A stretch of 62,862 bases of DNA, counting the filler, from Choristocarpus tenellus KU-1152 (taxonomy: Eukaryota > Protista > Phaeophyceae), in NCBI GenBank assembly GCA_964200185.2. It is 14 parts of 14 records of this genome, joined end to end, with 100 filler letters (N's around TTAATTAATTAA, not from the genome) between each part and the next. Parts side by side here need not be neighbours in the genome. Positions count along the whole stretch, not along the records: positions 1 to 4,839 come from CAXNAD020012856.1; positions 4,940 to 8,692 come from CAXNAD020018138.1; positions 8,793 to 12,694 come from CAXNAD020017236.1; positions 12,795 to 23,668 come from CAXNAD020002657.1; 10 more parts are not named here. One strand, written 5' to 3'. Within the stretch, counting starts at the first letter, position 1, and the number at the start of each line of letters is the position of its first letter. Position numbers and translations under genes: made by a program. The notes beneath the pieces are model-generated. The model was not told the DNA's origin. It searched no databases and saw nothing but the letters and a program-made list of their open reading frames with translations. This document shows positions 1-13,664 of this stretch, piece after piece.

Positions 1-1089
1 ACATGATGTGACTGCTGTTAAGGGTAGTGGCAATGGGTTTGGAAAGCGTAAGGGGGGGGGGACTGTTGAAACAGTCTGAGGGTTGGAGACCCGTTTTTTT
101 CAATTCAGCTTGTTCTCATGGGATGGGACCAGTTGTGGTCTGGTGTACACTATTAGAGGGAGTGTGTGGCATAGGACTGTACAGTCTGGTAGGTGATATA
201 TATATATATATGTATGTGTGTGTGTTTGTGGTATTTGTTTGGGTGTGTCTTGAAAGGGCATGTCTTGGGATGGCCCAGGCATAGGAATTCTATTTGCTTT
301 TCCTGTCCAACCTGGTGTGCAATTCCAGGGGTGATTTTTGAGTGTGATCATGAACTTGGAGGTGCAGTAAGTGGTGGTGTATGTCAAACCAAGTTGATGT
401 TCTTCTCTTCAGGAAAGCTTTTTTGGGTTGTAAGGGGTTGTCTCAGCCAGAAGTGGATGAAGGCGACACCTTGAAGTTTGCTTTACAGACTGTTTTTAGT
501 ACAGAATTTGTGTTTGACATTGTAAAATCATAGTAGAGGGTGAAGACCACACAGTGACTTGTGATGCACACAAAGCCAATACCAATTCTAGTGGATGAAG
601 AGTGTCCTTTTGGAGTATTCAAGTGTCTGTGAAGAGACCCATATTTATCTAAAGGGGGTGCCAGGCGTCCATTGGAGGACCTGTGTAACCCTGTAGTGAT
701 TATTATGTCGTTTGAGTAAACCTGTCTTATCTTATGTAACGGCAACTTCTTTTTGTGAATGCCTTTTTTTTTACAATCCCTTGCTGATCCAAATTGAAAA
801 CAAAATCACCCTCAAAACAGGCATCAAACTGGGGTAACTTACATCACCTCATCTAGCTCCAAATGGACTACCTGAGCTAAACATCCCCCCCCCCTCTAGG
901 ATACACTATGTGACCCAAAGTGGGGCTTAGGCTGGGTGGGTAGGCTTGGTTACGGATTTTTGTGTCTCCCACATATTGCGTTCATTTAAAAATAAATGTT
1001 TTGATGCATTTCAACCCTAACCCTACACCTATACTTCAAGTCTTCTTAACTGTGTATTGTTGTATAACTTTGTTTCATACTTTTGGCAG

Positions 1090-3976
1090 AGTGTATGGGT
1101 ATGGAAACAGTGGGGGGGAGATCCCTGAGGGGTACATTGACGTGATCCTTCCCGGAGATAGAAAGCAGAAGATCCTTCATCCTGCTTACCCTGGATCAGT
1201 CTACCACACAACCAAGTGAGTAAGGGGGGTGATTCACCTTGTGTGTGTGTTTCTACAATGAATGTGTGCTCTATAAATGCAAATTAATGTTTACTGTGTA
1301 TTCTTTCTTGCTTTTGTGTTCTCCAAAGGATGTTTAATTGAGATAATTTTAAGGTGCTCCCCTTCTGGGGCGGGGAAGGGGAGGGGAATGTTTTTTGTCA
1401 GGATAATGCATGATTTTGTCTTCTGGTGACCAAGACTCTAATTATTGGTGCTGTGGTTAATAAATTGTACCGCTTTGATGGTGCTTTGGTGCTCATTTCT
1501 TGATGCCACCATCACCTCCATATCTCTACAAGCAGTGTTTGTTTTGTGCAGAATGCGTAGTAGTCAATATATTTAACCCATAACCCACAACCCAACTACT
1601 ATTTGCATCTTAGAGCTCACGGTGCCCCCCCCCCTCCCCTCCCCCTGTCAACTGCCCTTGTTTGTGTATTTTTCCAAATGTTGTGTGTTTGGGTATGTTT
1701 TTGTGATCGTGCTGTGAAAAGGTGCTTGGATGCCTTACTCTTTCAGTTCTATGCAAAGAACGATGGCCTGCGCGTGACGGATCTTCACCAAGGTATTGTG
1801 TGGGGGACAAACACGCCACAGACTGTGAGGGATGAGAGACTGGTGAACCGCTTTGACTACGATGGGGACTACGGTACTGTCCTCAACAGGTTTGCTGGGT
1901 TCTGTGGTGGTTTTGAGATGCGGTTCTTGCCGGTTCTTGTGCAATATGTGCTGGCAATAGTGAGGTCCTCCTCTCCCCTTTCCCCACATTGACAAAGTAC
2001 AATAAAGATGCGTTGCACGGTACTGGTACAAAGTATGGACTATGATCAGGACTGCAGTACTGTCCTCGACGGGTCCTCTGGTTCATTATGTATTCGTCCA
2101 TTATTGGTTTGTGTGCATCTGCATGGAGGGATCAGTTGTATCAAGTGAAGCGCTGATCAGCCTATTCTGGGAGGATGGTTGAGCTCCTCCAAAGGGTTTA
2201 CTGGTAGTTCTCTAACTGTTGACGTTATGGGACTATGACAAGGAATGATTCTTCTCCTTTTCCGTATGCTGTGCAGTTAATGGAACATCAAAAGTTAAGG
2301 TGTTCCTCCTTCCGTCACCTTTTTTCAAAGCTTTTGACTTTAAAAAGCCCAAAAAATGGTTACCCTCATTACACACTGCTGAGTCCCAGAATAACATTGG
2401 GTGTGGTCCACGAGGGGGCTATAAATTGAGGTGTGCGTTACTCCTAGTCTCTCTGTGGCAAGTCTCTTCATTACATATGGAAGTATTTCCATGCACATGT
2501 AATATCCCACCCTTATCATAGCGTAAAACTGTACTGGCGCGCCTCTTCACTGTGTGCCCTTTGTGCAGGTTCCTGATGCAAGCTGCCCTTAAGATTCCGA
2601 TGACTGTCTATGGGACAGGCGGTCAAACCAGGGGTTTTATTCATGTGACTGATACTGCCAAGTGCCTAGAGGCGGCTGTGCTCAACCCCCCCAAACCAAG
2701 CTCTCCAGTGGAGATCTTTAACCAGGTGTAGTGAAGACAAACCATGTGTTATTAAACATGATTGTTCTTGGGGAGTGGTACGTTTTGCTACATGTTTTCA
2801 ATCTGCTCTGTATCATTGGTTCAATTATGTTCTTTCAAAGGGGGGTATTCATAGCATTCCACTCGGGACAAGCATGTATTGAAATTGGCACGATAGTACT
2901 CAAACAGACACCCTCCCTCCACACAATGCCTGACCAGGTTGCGGAGACCCACCGTGTGCGTGATCTAGCTCAGATGATTTCAGATAAGACTGGTGTGGGG
3001 ATCAACTACATGTCTAACCCACGTAATGAGGCAGCCGAGAATGAACTAGATGTCAAGAATGACAAGTTTGGAAACCTGGGTGTGAACTTCAAGAGCCTTG
3101 ATGGGACTTTGCTGGAGGAGGTGAGGACTAGTTGAAAATGTGCAGTAGTAACCTTGTAGAAATGTATGCATCATGTATTCTGTTATTTGTCTAGCTGTTT
3201 ACTAGTTTGTCGTTTCAAGAAATGGTAACAGTGAGGAGTAATTGTGATAGTAGGGATGGGTTATTTTTAGTGAGGGAAGAGTATGAAATGTGGTATGCCT
3301 ACCATGGTGAGATTGGCTTATTTCAGGCGTTTGTTTACTATCTTTAAATGTGTTTGGAGTATGAGGACTGGCATGCACATCGGATGAATTTTTGGATCGT
3401 TTTTGTGTATTGGAGTGGCTTAGTGCCTATGAACTTATTGTCACAATCTATTCTTGAAATGAAGAGTGAAGCATGGTGAAACATTACTGAAGAGGTCAGC
3501 AGCACATTTGTTGTGATGTGTTTCATTGTAGGTTGGCCCTAGTAATAGGAGTACTCTTGAAGTTCAGTTTCAACTCAGGATTTGAGCATTATTTTGATTG
3601 TGAACTCCACTGTCCTCTAAAGGACTGTGTAGGAACCCCTGGGGAGAAGGCAGTGACTCCAGGAAACGCCTTGCGGGGATCTTCCCTGAATGGAGACACA
3701 ACCACATATGCAACTCTCCTGTCAAGCACTCACAAGCACTACTCCTCCTACTAATCTCTCACCCATCCCCCCTTTCCCCCCTCATGACCAATCCTTCTTG
3801 CATGGTCACAGGTGAGAGACATTGCTGAAAAGTACCAGGACCGTGCTGACCTAGAGCTTGTATACCCCAAGTCCTACTGGAATAAGAACAGGGTGGCGGC
3901 TGCTGAAGGAACTGAATCTGAAGGGTCTGAGGAACAGCAGCGCCTCTTTGTAGATGTAAAGGCAGGAATACAGTGA
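1090..3976 (+). CDS. SQD1: UDP-sulfoquinovose synthase (SqdB/SQD1), 5'-partial; exons 1090-1215, 1722-1889, 2569-2725, 2938-3120, 3812-3976
   Basis: GT-AG exons with matching phases give GVYGYG..IPEGY..ILHPAYPGSVYHTTKCLDALLFQFYAKND..DLHQGIVWGTNT..NRFDYDGDYGTVLNRFLMQAA..YGTGGQTRGFIH..IFNQVAETHRVRDLA..NPRNEAAENEL, ending in TGA at 3974-3976. This includes the SDR YxxxK motif and SqdB-diagnostic segments. Confidence 0.95.
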
Positions 3977-4839
3977 GACGAAAAGAGGGTGCACTAGTGA
4001 GGAGCATAACTTGATTCAAGGAGATTTTGAAGACGGAACAGAGGAGATCGGATATAAGAAATACATAGGGGGATGGGAGAATGCTGTTTGTGGGTGGGGG
4101 TGACATCACGCAATTGTTTTCAATCAATGCAGGATATGTTGGAGTGTTAGGGATGACAGTGGATAATCACCGCTCTATTCCTAGAAGCAGGATAGGATAG
4201 GTGGGTTGTAATAATATATTAACTATGTGTGGCAGGAGAATGTTGCCAGTGAGTAACATAATTTTTATCGGTGAGGTGAGAGAGATTGATCTGGAGGGCT
4301 AGGACTCTGGTCCACATGTGGGTCTAGGTTAACCACCACCGATTTCACTCTTACTTCAATTTCATAGTATATGTAGAGTTATTGTAAGCCCAAACCCCTT
4401 CACCCCTCACCTTTTCATGTCTTGCATGACAATTGTGCTCGCTTTCTATGACGTACTCGAGGGTATTTTCAACATGGTAGGCCCTAAAAAACCCAGCGTC
4501 ATGCATAGCACGGATGGTATGGTGCCACCGGTGGGCAAAGCAGGAAGTGAAGACTCTTTTAATTCTCCTTTCCAAATCCATCAAGAACATTCACCAACCA
4601 TCACCGTGCAAGCAATCGATCTGGATTATGAAATTATATCTCTCCCATGGTTTGTTTTTGAAGAACTTGCAGTGAACAGCCTCTCAGCGAAATTGAGGAT
4701 GGAGCATATACTATGGAGGATGGGTTTGGCCCAAAATTGTCCCGGTAAAAGTGTCGATATATATATTTTTGTAAATGTTGCGGCACTTTTTAAGGGTCCC
4801 TTTTTGAATGGGATATATAAAAGATAAAAAAATATTTTG

Positions 4840-4939
4840 NNNNNNNNNNNNNNNNNNNNNNNNNNNNNNNNNNNNNNNNNNNNTTAATTAATTAANNNNN
4901 NNNNNNNNNNNNNNNNNNNNNNNNNNNNNNNNNNNNNNN
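4840..4939. other. Artificial contig linker N44-TTAATTAATTAA-N44; identical linkers at 8693-8792, 12695-12794, 23669-23768, 26567-26666, 29167-29266, 35499-35598, 38300-38399, 42515-42614, 47410-47509, 50787-50886, 56538-56637, 59590-59689
   Basis: 13 identical 100-nt spacers whose 12-mer core places stop codons in all six frames, a standard contig-concatenation device. Confidence 0.99.
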
Positions 4940-5574
4940 CCACCACTACAATTCAATCCACCTACACGCACTTCCAAGCTCAAGTATCAAAACATGAATG
5001 TAGAGGGACCAAGCCCCTCCCCCCCCTCCCCCCCCCAAAAAACTTCCAATAGAGTTGCACCTGTGGCCACATGGACACTGTAAACCCTAACCCTAACCCT
5101 GCAAACAAAGAGTGTACTTCCTAGTCAGTACCTGTTCAAAGTCTGTTTTCATCGAATGAACCAACAGCTCAAGCAAGTACTTCATCAACAAGCACACAAG
5201 CAGTCGTCTGACCTCCAGCAGAAAAAAAAACACCAAAAAAAAGAAAAAGAAAAAACGCCAACTAACTCCCACCGTGTACCAGCTACCAACTAACTAACTC
5301 CAATCAGGAAACACCCCCCCGAATACTCTTCCTTCAACTTCAACTGTGAATCCCAGAAGGCATCTCCACATACACATACATCAGAAAGGTGAGGAACATC
5401 TCACCACCATCAGAAGGCGATTACACCGATCGTAACTTTCACCCCATCACTTCTTCCTCTTCCACTACGCAACCCAACTTACCTTTGAATTCACCCCTTT
5501 GTGCCTCTCTGATAAGAAGGCTAACCCTAACCCTAAGCACCAACTTCAACACCGGAACTGACCGCCTCAACCAA

Positions 5575-5725
5575 CCAGTGCACTAGAAGCAGCAGGATGG
5601 CCAAAGCAATAAATAACCCTAACCCTAACCCTAAACCTCAGTACTCTCACCCAGTGCACTAGAAGCAGCAGGATGGCCAAAGCAATAAATAACCCTAACC
5701 CTAACCCTAACCCTCAGTACTCTCA
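5575..5725 (+). repeat. 76-bp tandem duplication, each unit containing (AACCCT)3
   Basis: CCAGTGCACTAGAAGCAGCAGGATGGCCAAAGCAATAAAT(AACCCT)3...CAGTACTCTCA starts at 5575 and again at 5651. Confidence 0.9.
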
Positions 5726-6197
5726 ACCACAACCACAACCACAATCACACAACACTCTATTAAAAGAAAAAAAGCCTCCACATGTCAACACTCTTAATAT
5801 ACAAAACAAAATGTAACACCTTGATTTAGGTTGAGATTGACTCCGCCTCTACATGCACCCCAGAGGGCGTTACTCCACCTTGTTTCAAACTCCAAAACTC
5901 TCATCCAAACCCACCACATCATCATATCTATACAGTAACCCAGGACCCAATCAAGTCCATCCCAACACTGCCTCCCCACCCCCCACCCCCCCCCTTGTCT
6001 CACCCCAGCCAACCCCAGCCGTACACGCAACCCTTACACGCAATAATCGAGCCTTACCTTCCTCTCCCCAAGGCACAACAAAACCACAAAACCCCCATGA
6101 GCAACATTGGGTCTTTGGTACTTGGTACAGTAGATGGTAATCCCGTGCCTACAACCCAACCACAACTACATGGAACCTACACAACCAACGTACTCAC

Positions 6198-7733
6198 CCC
6201 AAGGAACCACTTGCCATCACCCTGCTCATGCCAACCCAACCAATCGCTGTACCGCCACTCAGCCATCGGACGCCAGGGCTGAACAGGCTTGCCTGTGTAG
6301 CTCTCCACTAGTTGCCGGAAACGGTCTACGCCCAGTGTATGTACCAAGTACTTCATACGAGCGTTGGCCCTCACCTCACGGTTGCCATGGTCCCTTTGGG
6401 CAGCTAGGATAGCCTGAAATTGTTTGTCAATTGCAAAGTTATAACGACATGAGCTGAAATGAGACTGAACACAACACACCAAGGACACCAAGGACAGGCA
6501 AAACAAAACAAATATTCCGCCGATTTAACCCTATACTTAGTGCCGGGAAGGAAAGTTGAAGCCGGACCTGCCATTACTGCGCTGAACAAACAGTAAGGCC
6601 CCCAAAAAATACACACACACACACAGACGGTTCATCCATTTTCCAAGTTATGTTGGGTTGAATATATGTCCTTGGAAAATCGTGGAATAGAGGCTATTGC
6701 TTGAATACACATTCACACCTACCTGTACACACATCTCCCTTCAGTTCAACCAAAATATCATACACACACACAAAAATTGCTAGAAACATTGCATCCATCT
6801 ACACCGGCATCATCAAAGCGTGATGATCACCATGTAGAATATAATGGCAAAGGGACTAGAAAAAAAACAAACAATGCAACAAGTACTCCTATAATTTCAA
6901 ACTATGAGATGCTGCAGCTGTCTAGTCCAATCGCCCTCTACCATACCCACGGCAGGATACCGTTTGTCCCGACCCTCTCCACTCACAAAACACACTCCAC
7001 ATCCACCGTTGCCCATCATCCCGCCTCCACCCACCGAAAACCTCCCTCCAATCACCAACAGGTACATATCCACAACGCCTTACCAAATACTCAAAACACA
7101 CAGAACAGCACCTGCGCCCTTCCTTCACCCTCCGTCGACTCCTTGCGAGGTAATCCACGCCCACGCCGCCCAAGTCACAAACAACTCCCAAGTCCAATCA
7201 AAATATCAAGCGACGGAATTCACAACACTCTGTCAAGCATCCCCCCCCACCAGCGGGTTGAGACAATCCACAAGCAAGGACCACCAGGCCCTTACCTTCA
7301 CATGCTCCAGGATATCTTCCTTGGGTACAAACCCCATGTTGTCCGCGGCCCTGGCAAAGGTGGTATCCTTCCCGTGAGTACGACCCATACCTCTGTCAGG
7401 ATGCCACAGAAAAGTACAACAAACAGCAGAGGGTGCAAAAGAGGGTCAACTCAACAGAAAACAAAAAGTATGATGACAGAAAACAAAAGCCATGGTTCTG
7501 AGGCTGGTTGGTGCTCCTGTTCCCCCTCAAACCCCCCTCCACATTCCACTCCCATGTTCCCCCCATCCTCGGGGACGGATGACCCACACTCCTCAGCACA
7601 CACCCGCCAACAGCCACGTTGAAACCCTCTAGCTCTCCGGTGGAAGGGTCAGTGATGACAACGAGACCGATGTCGTTAGTGTACATGTCCAGTGAGTTGT
7701 CACCTGGTACAGTCACCCCAATCTTGAACTTAC
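6198..7733 (-). CDS. SIR: Ferredoxin-dependent sulfite reductase (plastid SiR type), internal exons 7733-7604, 7392-7296, 6413-6198
   Basis: Spliced peptide [113 protein letters not shown] matches plant and cyanobacterial SiR motifs. GT-AG boundaries and phases are consistent. Confidence 0.93.
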
Positions 7734-8617
7734 CTGTGGATCAAAAGGGCAGATGAAACGAGAGCATCGAAAGGGTCAACAAAGAGCCGGTGTGGAGAAG
7801 TTGCTCGCCTAGTACTGGGGGTGGGGGGGGGGCACAAGAAGAATATGTGAACCGGAAGAGGGGGTACCTGGTAAAGGTACAGGCCATAACTCTTGACAAG
7901 GTGGAATGCAAGACAACGAACTTCTACCGAAGAATGGACCAATAACATCTCTAGAAAAATAAAAAAAATAATGTAGCATCAATACAGTCATACAGTCTCC
8001 TGTGAAGGCGTTACACTCTCAGGGGGTACAATTGCTTGTCGGGTTCATCTCTAGACCTGTATTTGGCACGTGTGAGTCTGCCAAAGAAGAAGAGTTAACA
8101 TCCCCCGTCCCTCAAAAACCCCATGCAAACATTCACTAGAAGTTGGTTCGAAGATCAAGAAGACCAAGTCTCGGGGGAGTACCCCTGCGTCGTGCGTGCA
8201 GTACACACTCAGGAATATTCCTCGCAAATTCAATCACGACAAACACTTCTCAAAAAGAAAGAAGAGGAGGAAAAAAATATGCAGGTCATGAGGCCATCGT
8301 AGATCATATTGCTATCGGTGTTCGCACTGTAAAAACTGTAAAAAAACGGAACCGCTGGCCTGAACGACCTCCTCATCCTCCTCACTTCATCAGAATAAAA
8401 AACAAAAACATAAAACAGGTGATGATAACTCCCTGGAGCAAAACTGCACAATACGGAACCAACCCACCTCACAGAGAGTGCACCCGTCAAAAAAAAAGAA
8501 AGAGAGCACAAACTCAACACTTGAAAGCACCCGAAAGTATATACCCGAGAATTCAGAGCATTGTACAAATCTCTCTTCAAACACACAAGATTGAAACAAA
8601 ATAAAAAAAATCACATA

Positions 8618-8648
<31 letters not shown>

Positions 8649-8792
8649 CCACACCAAAAAAAAAGCACCCAGCGCGGATGATAAGAAAGAGCNNNNNNNN
8701 NNNNNNNNNNNNNNNNNNNNNNNNNNNNNNNNNNNNTTAATTAATTAANNNNNNNNNNNNNNNNNNNNNNNNNNNNNNNNNNNNNNNNNNNN

Positions 8793-11700
8793 CCATGCTC
8801 CCCCAGCCCCATACAAGCATTGGACCGATCTCCCCCCCAGTCATTGACCCCACGCTCCCAGTCCATTTCAATATTCCCCCTATTGCCAGTCCCAGACCCC
8901 GAAGTGTTCTCAGAAGGGAATGCAGAATGTACATGACTCTGGTAGGGGTTCCCATCTTCAAACCCTGTAAAACCTCCAAAACCCTCCACCTTCCGTAACT
9001 CAGAACAACTCCTCGTGTGACTGCTGCCAGTTCCATCCCCAGCCTGCGCTACTAACTGGCACGGGAGGTTGCTCTCCCATGACCCAGGTCTTGACATGGA
9101 ACAAGCCCGGGAGCATGGAGTCAACACAGACGACGTTGTTGACCCTGCCCCAGAGGTTTTTAATCCAAAGCCGACCACTGCTTCATGATCCTCCCTGCGA
9201 TCACGTGTCCGTCCCCTCACCCCACTAGAACCCTCCAAAGAGCCAGCACTTCCGGCAACGCCTCCGACTCCTCTATCAGACCCTTTCCTAACACAGCCAA
9301 CAGAGTCAACACCTAACACCAAGTTCCGAGAAGAGTGGTGTTGACCGACATTCTCATGGAAGGCGTTTGCCCTAGTATTGCAGTGATGAGAATGGCTCCG
9401 TTCTAAGCTGCAACATAACGGCTCGTCATCACTGCTCACATCACCACCTCTATCTGTATCCCACAAACCTTCCCCTTCTTTCTCCAACAAGAGGGGCCTC
9501 TCCTCCTCAGCTTGTCCTTCATTTGCAATTGTCCTCTCCCAAGAGCCCATCACTGACGACCTGTCTCTCATCTCAACAACCCCCTTTACTTTCTCTCCAC
9601 ACTGTGCATCCGATTCACAAGATATCTTGGCAGTAGACTCCTGACATACATACATACACATATACATCCACATACACATATATACAGTGCAACAGGACGT
9701 GATGATAATAATAATAATAATAATAATAAGAAGAATGTAAACTAACATTATCAAAACACATACACCTGGATGTTTCAAGGAAAACATGTCCTCCTTATCA
9801 CCATATCATGTACACAGGACTGGAGGGGACTACTTGAGGAGTATTTGGCCAGGGACAGGGGTGGGGTGGGGGTGGGGGGGTGCACTTTCCAACCCTAACC
9901 CTAGCCCTCACTGAGCCAACTCAAACTATGAAGACGATTACAACATACTATGTAACAAAAATATAAAATAATACTCCTAAGATAGGGGGATACGGATATC
10001 AAATCATTAGCACCACCATGATCAACAATACAGTGTACTCAAAATGACAGTACCATCTACTTCCACACGCCAGTCCCGCATCCCTAACCCTATAACCCTA
10101 ACCCTAACTGCCTATCACCTATGAAACTCATACCCATTCTTGACCGTTTATGCCCCAACCCAAACCTTAACCCTAACCCTAACCCACAAATAACCTTAAC
10201 CCTAACCCCACCGATCCAACAGCACACCAATCAGTTCAATACGTAATTCAACAACTACTCACTTCCAATCACAACCCTAACCCTACAACCGGAGACAAAC
10301 TCTTTAGGTACTCTGTAACACATTACCTTGTTAGCACAGTCAGGACAATCCCCGACCAACGCCTTCCTTCTCCACTTCGTACCACTGGTCCCCCACCACA
10401 AGAAGCACACTGCCAATATCACTGACAAAACACCGATGACCAAACACCAAGCAGCAGTGGAACCAAAGGTTGAAACATGGGATTCAGCTCCCATAGAAGA
10501 AGAAACAGAAGGGACGGTCATGGGAGTTTCTGTTTCTCCTCCAGGCCAAAGAATTGGCCCCAAGGTCTAGTAACACCGTAGGGACAAAAGGGGGGAGGGT
10601 GTTGACAATGGGGGAGGGGGGAGGGCGTGGAGTACTTTCGCAAGTTACAAAAATGAAAAAAAAAATAGTGTATCTGGATTGGGGTTAAGGTTATGTGCTC
10701 TTAATTGCAATAGTAGTACAATTTGCTCTTTTACTGTGTACAGCGAATTGTAGCAAGAGATTAATTCTTTTTCTTAAAAGAAGAAAAAGAAAGAAAAGAA
10801 AAGAAAAGAAAAGAAAGAGGTTGACAACTGGTCAATGCCATGTCTCTGGTCATATCCAGGGAACGTAATACAGCCCAAATAGTCCCAGGGCTGCCTGTAT
10901 CAAGAACAAACCAGAGATTGACACTGGTCAAATATTGGGGTCTCTCAAGTTCAGTAGTTCGATTCAAGTTATAACTCTGAGAATATAAGCCAGATACATC
11001 ATGCAGCGAGCAGATAAATTCATGATTGTACCCTATGACATCTCCACCACATCTCTACTTACATCAACAATCAATATGAATAGTTATTCCCCATGCCTAT
11101 ATTAGTCTTCTTGGCATGACCAACCACCAAATTGAAATAGTTTAACCCTGAAAGCTGAACCCATGGTTCATCTAAAAACAGGTATAATATACAAGCACTG
11201 GCAAACCCATATTCCTCTCAGACTCTAATCTAGAACGGAAAACCCTCTTAACTATTCATAATGAATAAAAGATTCCATCTTCAGAGGTGGTACGATGTTT
11301 GGTTGTGAGATTTAATCAAAGAAAAACTGTTCCCAATTGTAGGGGTACAGACAAAGGTTAAACAAAAAAGATAGCTCAGAAATTACGAACTGAATTTGAA
11401 CCTTCAATACAACCTTCAAAAAGTGTAAATATCCATAAAACATTATCTCTCTCCTTCTACTACACAAAAGTGCTAAATAAAAATAAATATGCAGACGGAA
11501 TTACACTTTCAGAAAAGAAAAAAATGTCACCAAAAATAAACGCCACCAAAACGTACCAACTCCATAATGCAAACTACACAAAAAAATATATATCAAAATT
11601 TCGATATATATACCCCTAAATGCTTTCTCAACAGCAAAGAGTCAAATAAAAAAATAAAAAAGGGAGAAACGTAATGAGATAGCGGTACAATAATATATCT

Positions 11701-12083
11701 ACCTGTCTGTGACTATCTAGACTTCCATCGGATGAAAAGATGCACGCACACACACCAAGCCTTATATAAGATTTTTTTTTTTTAGAAAAAGAAAAAAAAG
11801 CACAACTGTCGAGACTTTTTTTTTTTTCACGAGCATGAGACAAAAAAATATGGCAATTCACTACCTACTTCAAAGTGAAGTGCATTTTTCAGAAAGAAAG
11901 AAAGAAAAAAAAAAGATTAAGAAAAAGACTCACCAAGAGCTCGTGCGTATCATGCACGAAGCGGGCGACCTCGTCTCCCTCCAGGTACGACAGGAACCTT
12001 TGTCCTACCCTAACCTTAGAAGGCCTCAGCGACAAGAAGGACACATCGCCTCCGATGTTGTCTCCATTGCCATCAATGTCCAC
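8793..12083 (-). CDS. Unknown, probably single-pass membrane protein with a long low-complexity tail; exons about 12083-11934, 10566-10327, 9640-8793 (runs off contig)
   Basis: Phase-0 GT-AG joins HDTHELL|TLGPILW and DCANK|ESTAK. Hydrophobic segment AAWCLVIGVLSVILAVCFLWW is followed by basic KWRRK. The last exon stays open for about 850 nt. Confidence 0.6.
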
Positions 12084-13664
12084 CTTGTCGGGCGCGCAAG
12101 TGATGCCAGATTATTTTATTTTATTCAATTTTATTTATTTATTTTTCGGTGTTGGGATTGATTAATTGATGATTGATTTGATTTGATTTGATGATTGATT
12201 GGCTGATCTGATTGATTGATGAGTGCTTGGGGGTGGATGGATACACGAGCAGTAGGGGGGTTGTATGTCACTGTTGTATGTCACTCACTCCCCTTCCCTC
12301 TTTGTTATACTATGTCCATGGCATGGAATACATACTCACGACAGAGTTGAAGAACAAAAAAGTGGACAAGGTTTTCGTAGTCATCAGGAAAAAAAAATTA
12401 ATTAAATTAAATTCATACAATAAATCCTCGAGTACATCAGTACATCCCATTTAAACAAGTACGTGAACAAAAACAATAAAATGTAATTTCACAAAAAATA
12501 TATATATATATATATTGAAGATTAGTAGTATGTTCGTTTAAATAGTAATATGAAAAATACAAATATCCACCAGCTCTTTGCTGCATCAAAATGAACTCAT
12601 ACTATGTCTTCAGCAAATGGTTAGGGTTAGGGTTAGGGTGTCGAGGGTACAGAACAGGGGTGACCTAGGCCCCCCAGGATCAGGTCAGAGGGCANNNNNN
12701 NNNNNNNNNNNNNNNNNNNNNNNNNNNNNNNNNNNNNNTTAATTAATTAANNNNNNNNNNNNNNNNNNNNNNNNNNNNNNNNNNNNNNNNNNNNAAGTGC
12801 ACTTTTCCTGGTTTTGGTCCAAATGGACACTCTGATGTAGACCCCCCCCCCCCCCAGATACTTTGGGTCATCATAACAATGGATTTATGACCCTGAACGG
12901 ACACGACCCTACCCTCTGAAATTCTTTGGATCAACTGGCAAAACAGCACCCTTCTAAGAATCTCCCGAAATGAGACTCCTAACTATTCATTTGTAGTTTT
13001 TCGTCTCTTAAACTCAACAGTGCTCAAATCTGGGAGTACATATCAGGAAAACTACTACAACTATATGGCTTTGGCAATCACACAGGACTCACCAAAGTTC
13101 ACTCTCTGCCATGCTGGCATAATCCATTTCCTGCTCTCCTGAATGACTGACCTGTAGTCAACATCATATTCTTCCCACATGTTGAAACCATCTCTCCGCC
13201 TCTGCATGCAGTGTTGCCAATCCTTGTCCAAACCCACAAACTACTAGGCCCAGCACTTCTCTCATGTCTCATCTTTCCGAGGAGAAGCACCCTCACAAAA
13301 ATAACGATGCCTCTGCCAAACTCTCACGAAGAAAAACACTTTCCCCCCCTCCATTACAGAAGAAGGCAAATGACACAAGGAGAAACCAGTTCCTAGCCTC
13401 CTTATCATCCCTTCAAGCCAAAGCGTACAGCACATTTCAGTCTTCTCTGAAACCTGCACTTGCTTAAAGTTTGTAACCCCTCCACACACAACCTGAACGA
13501 ACTGCATAGGACGTCAAGATTGCCGCCTTGTACTTACTGTGTGCATTTCCTAAACTAATCTTCCCCTAGCCCACATTCCAATCCCTGAGGAAGAAGTGTC
13601 TACTCCCACCTTGAACAATCTTTCCTCCCTCCTGCTTCCCCACTACGAAATCCATGTCAAACAG

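Noticed and set aside
4884-4895. Recurrent palindrome TTAATTAATTAA
   Set aside because: Synthetic six-frame stop spacer, always flanked by exactly 44 Ns on each side.
6777-7622. 281-aa plus-strand ORF and the many other 60-200 aa ORFs in the track
   Set aside because: These lie antisense to real exons or in C/A-rich intron sequence, are low complexity, and show no recognisable motifs.
1090-7733. Apparent sulfur gene cluster (SQD1 next to sulfite reductase)
   Set aside because: The genes are on different contigs separated by the artificial linker at 4840-4939, so there is no evidence of real linkage.
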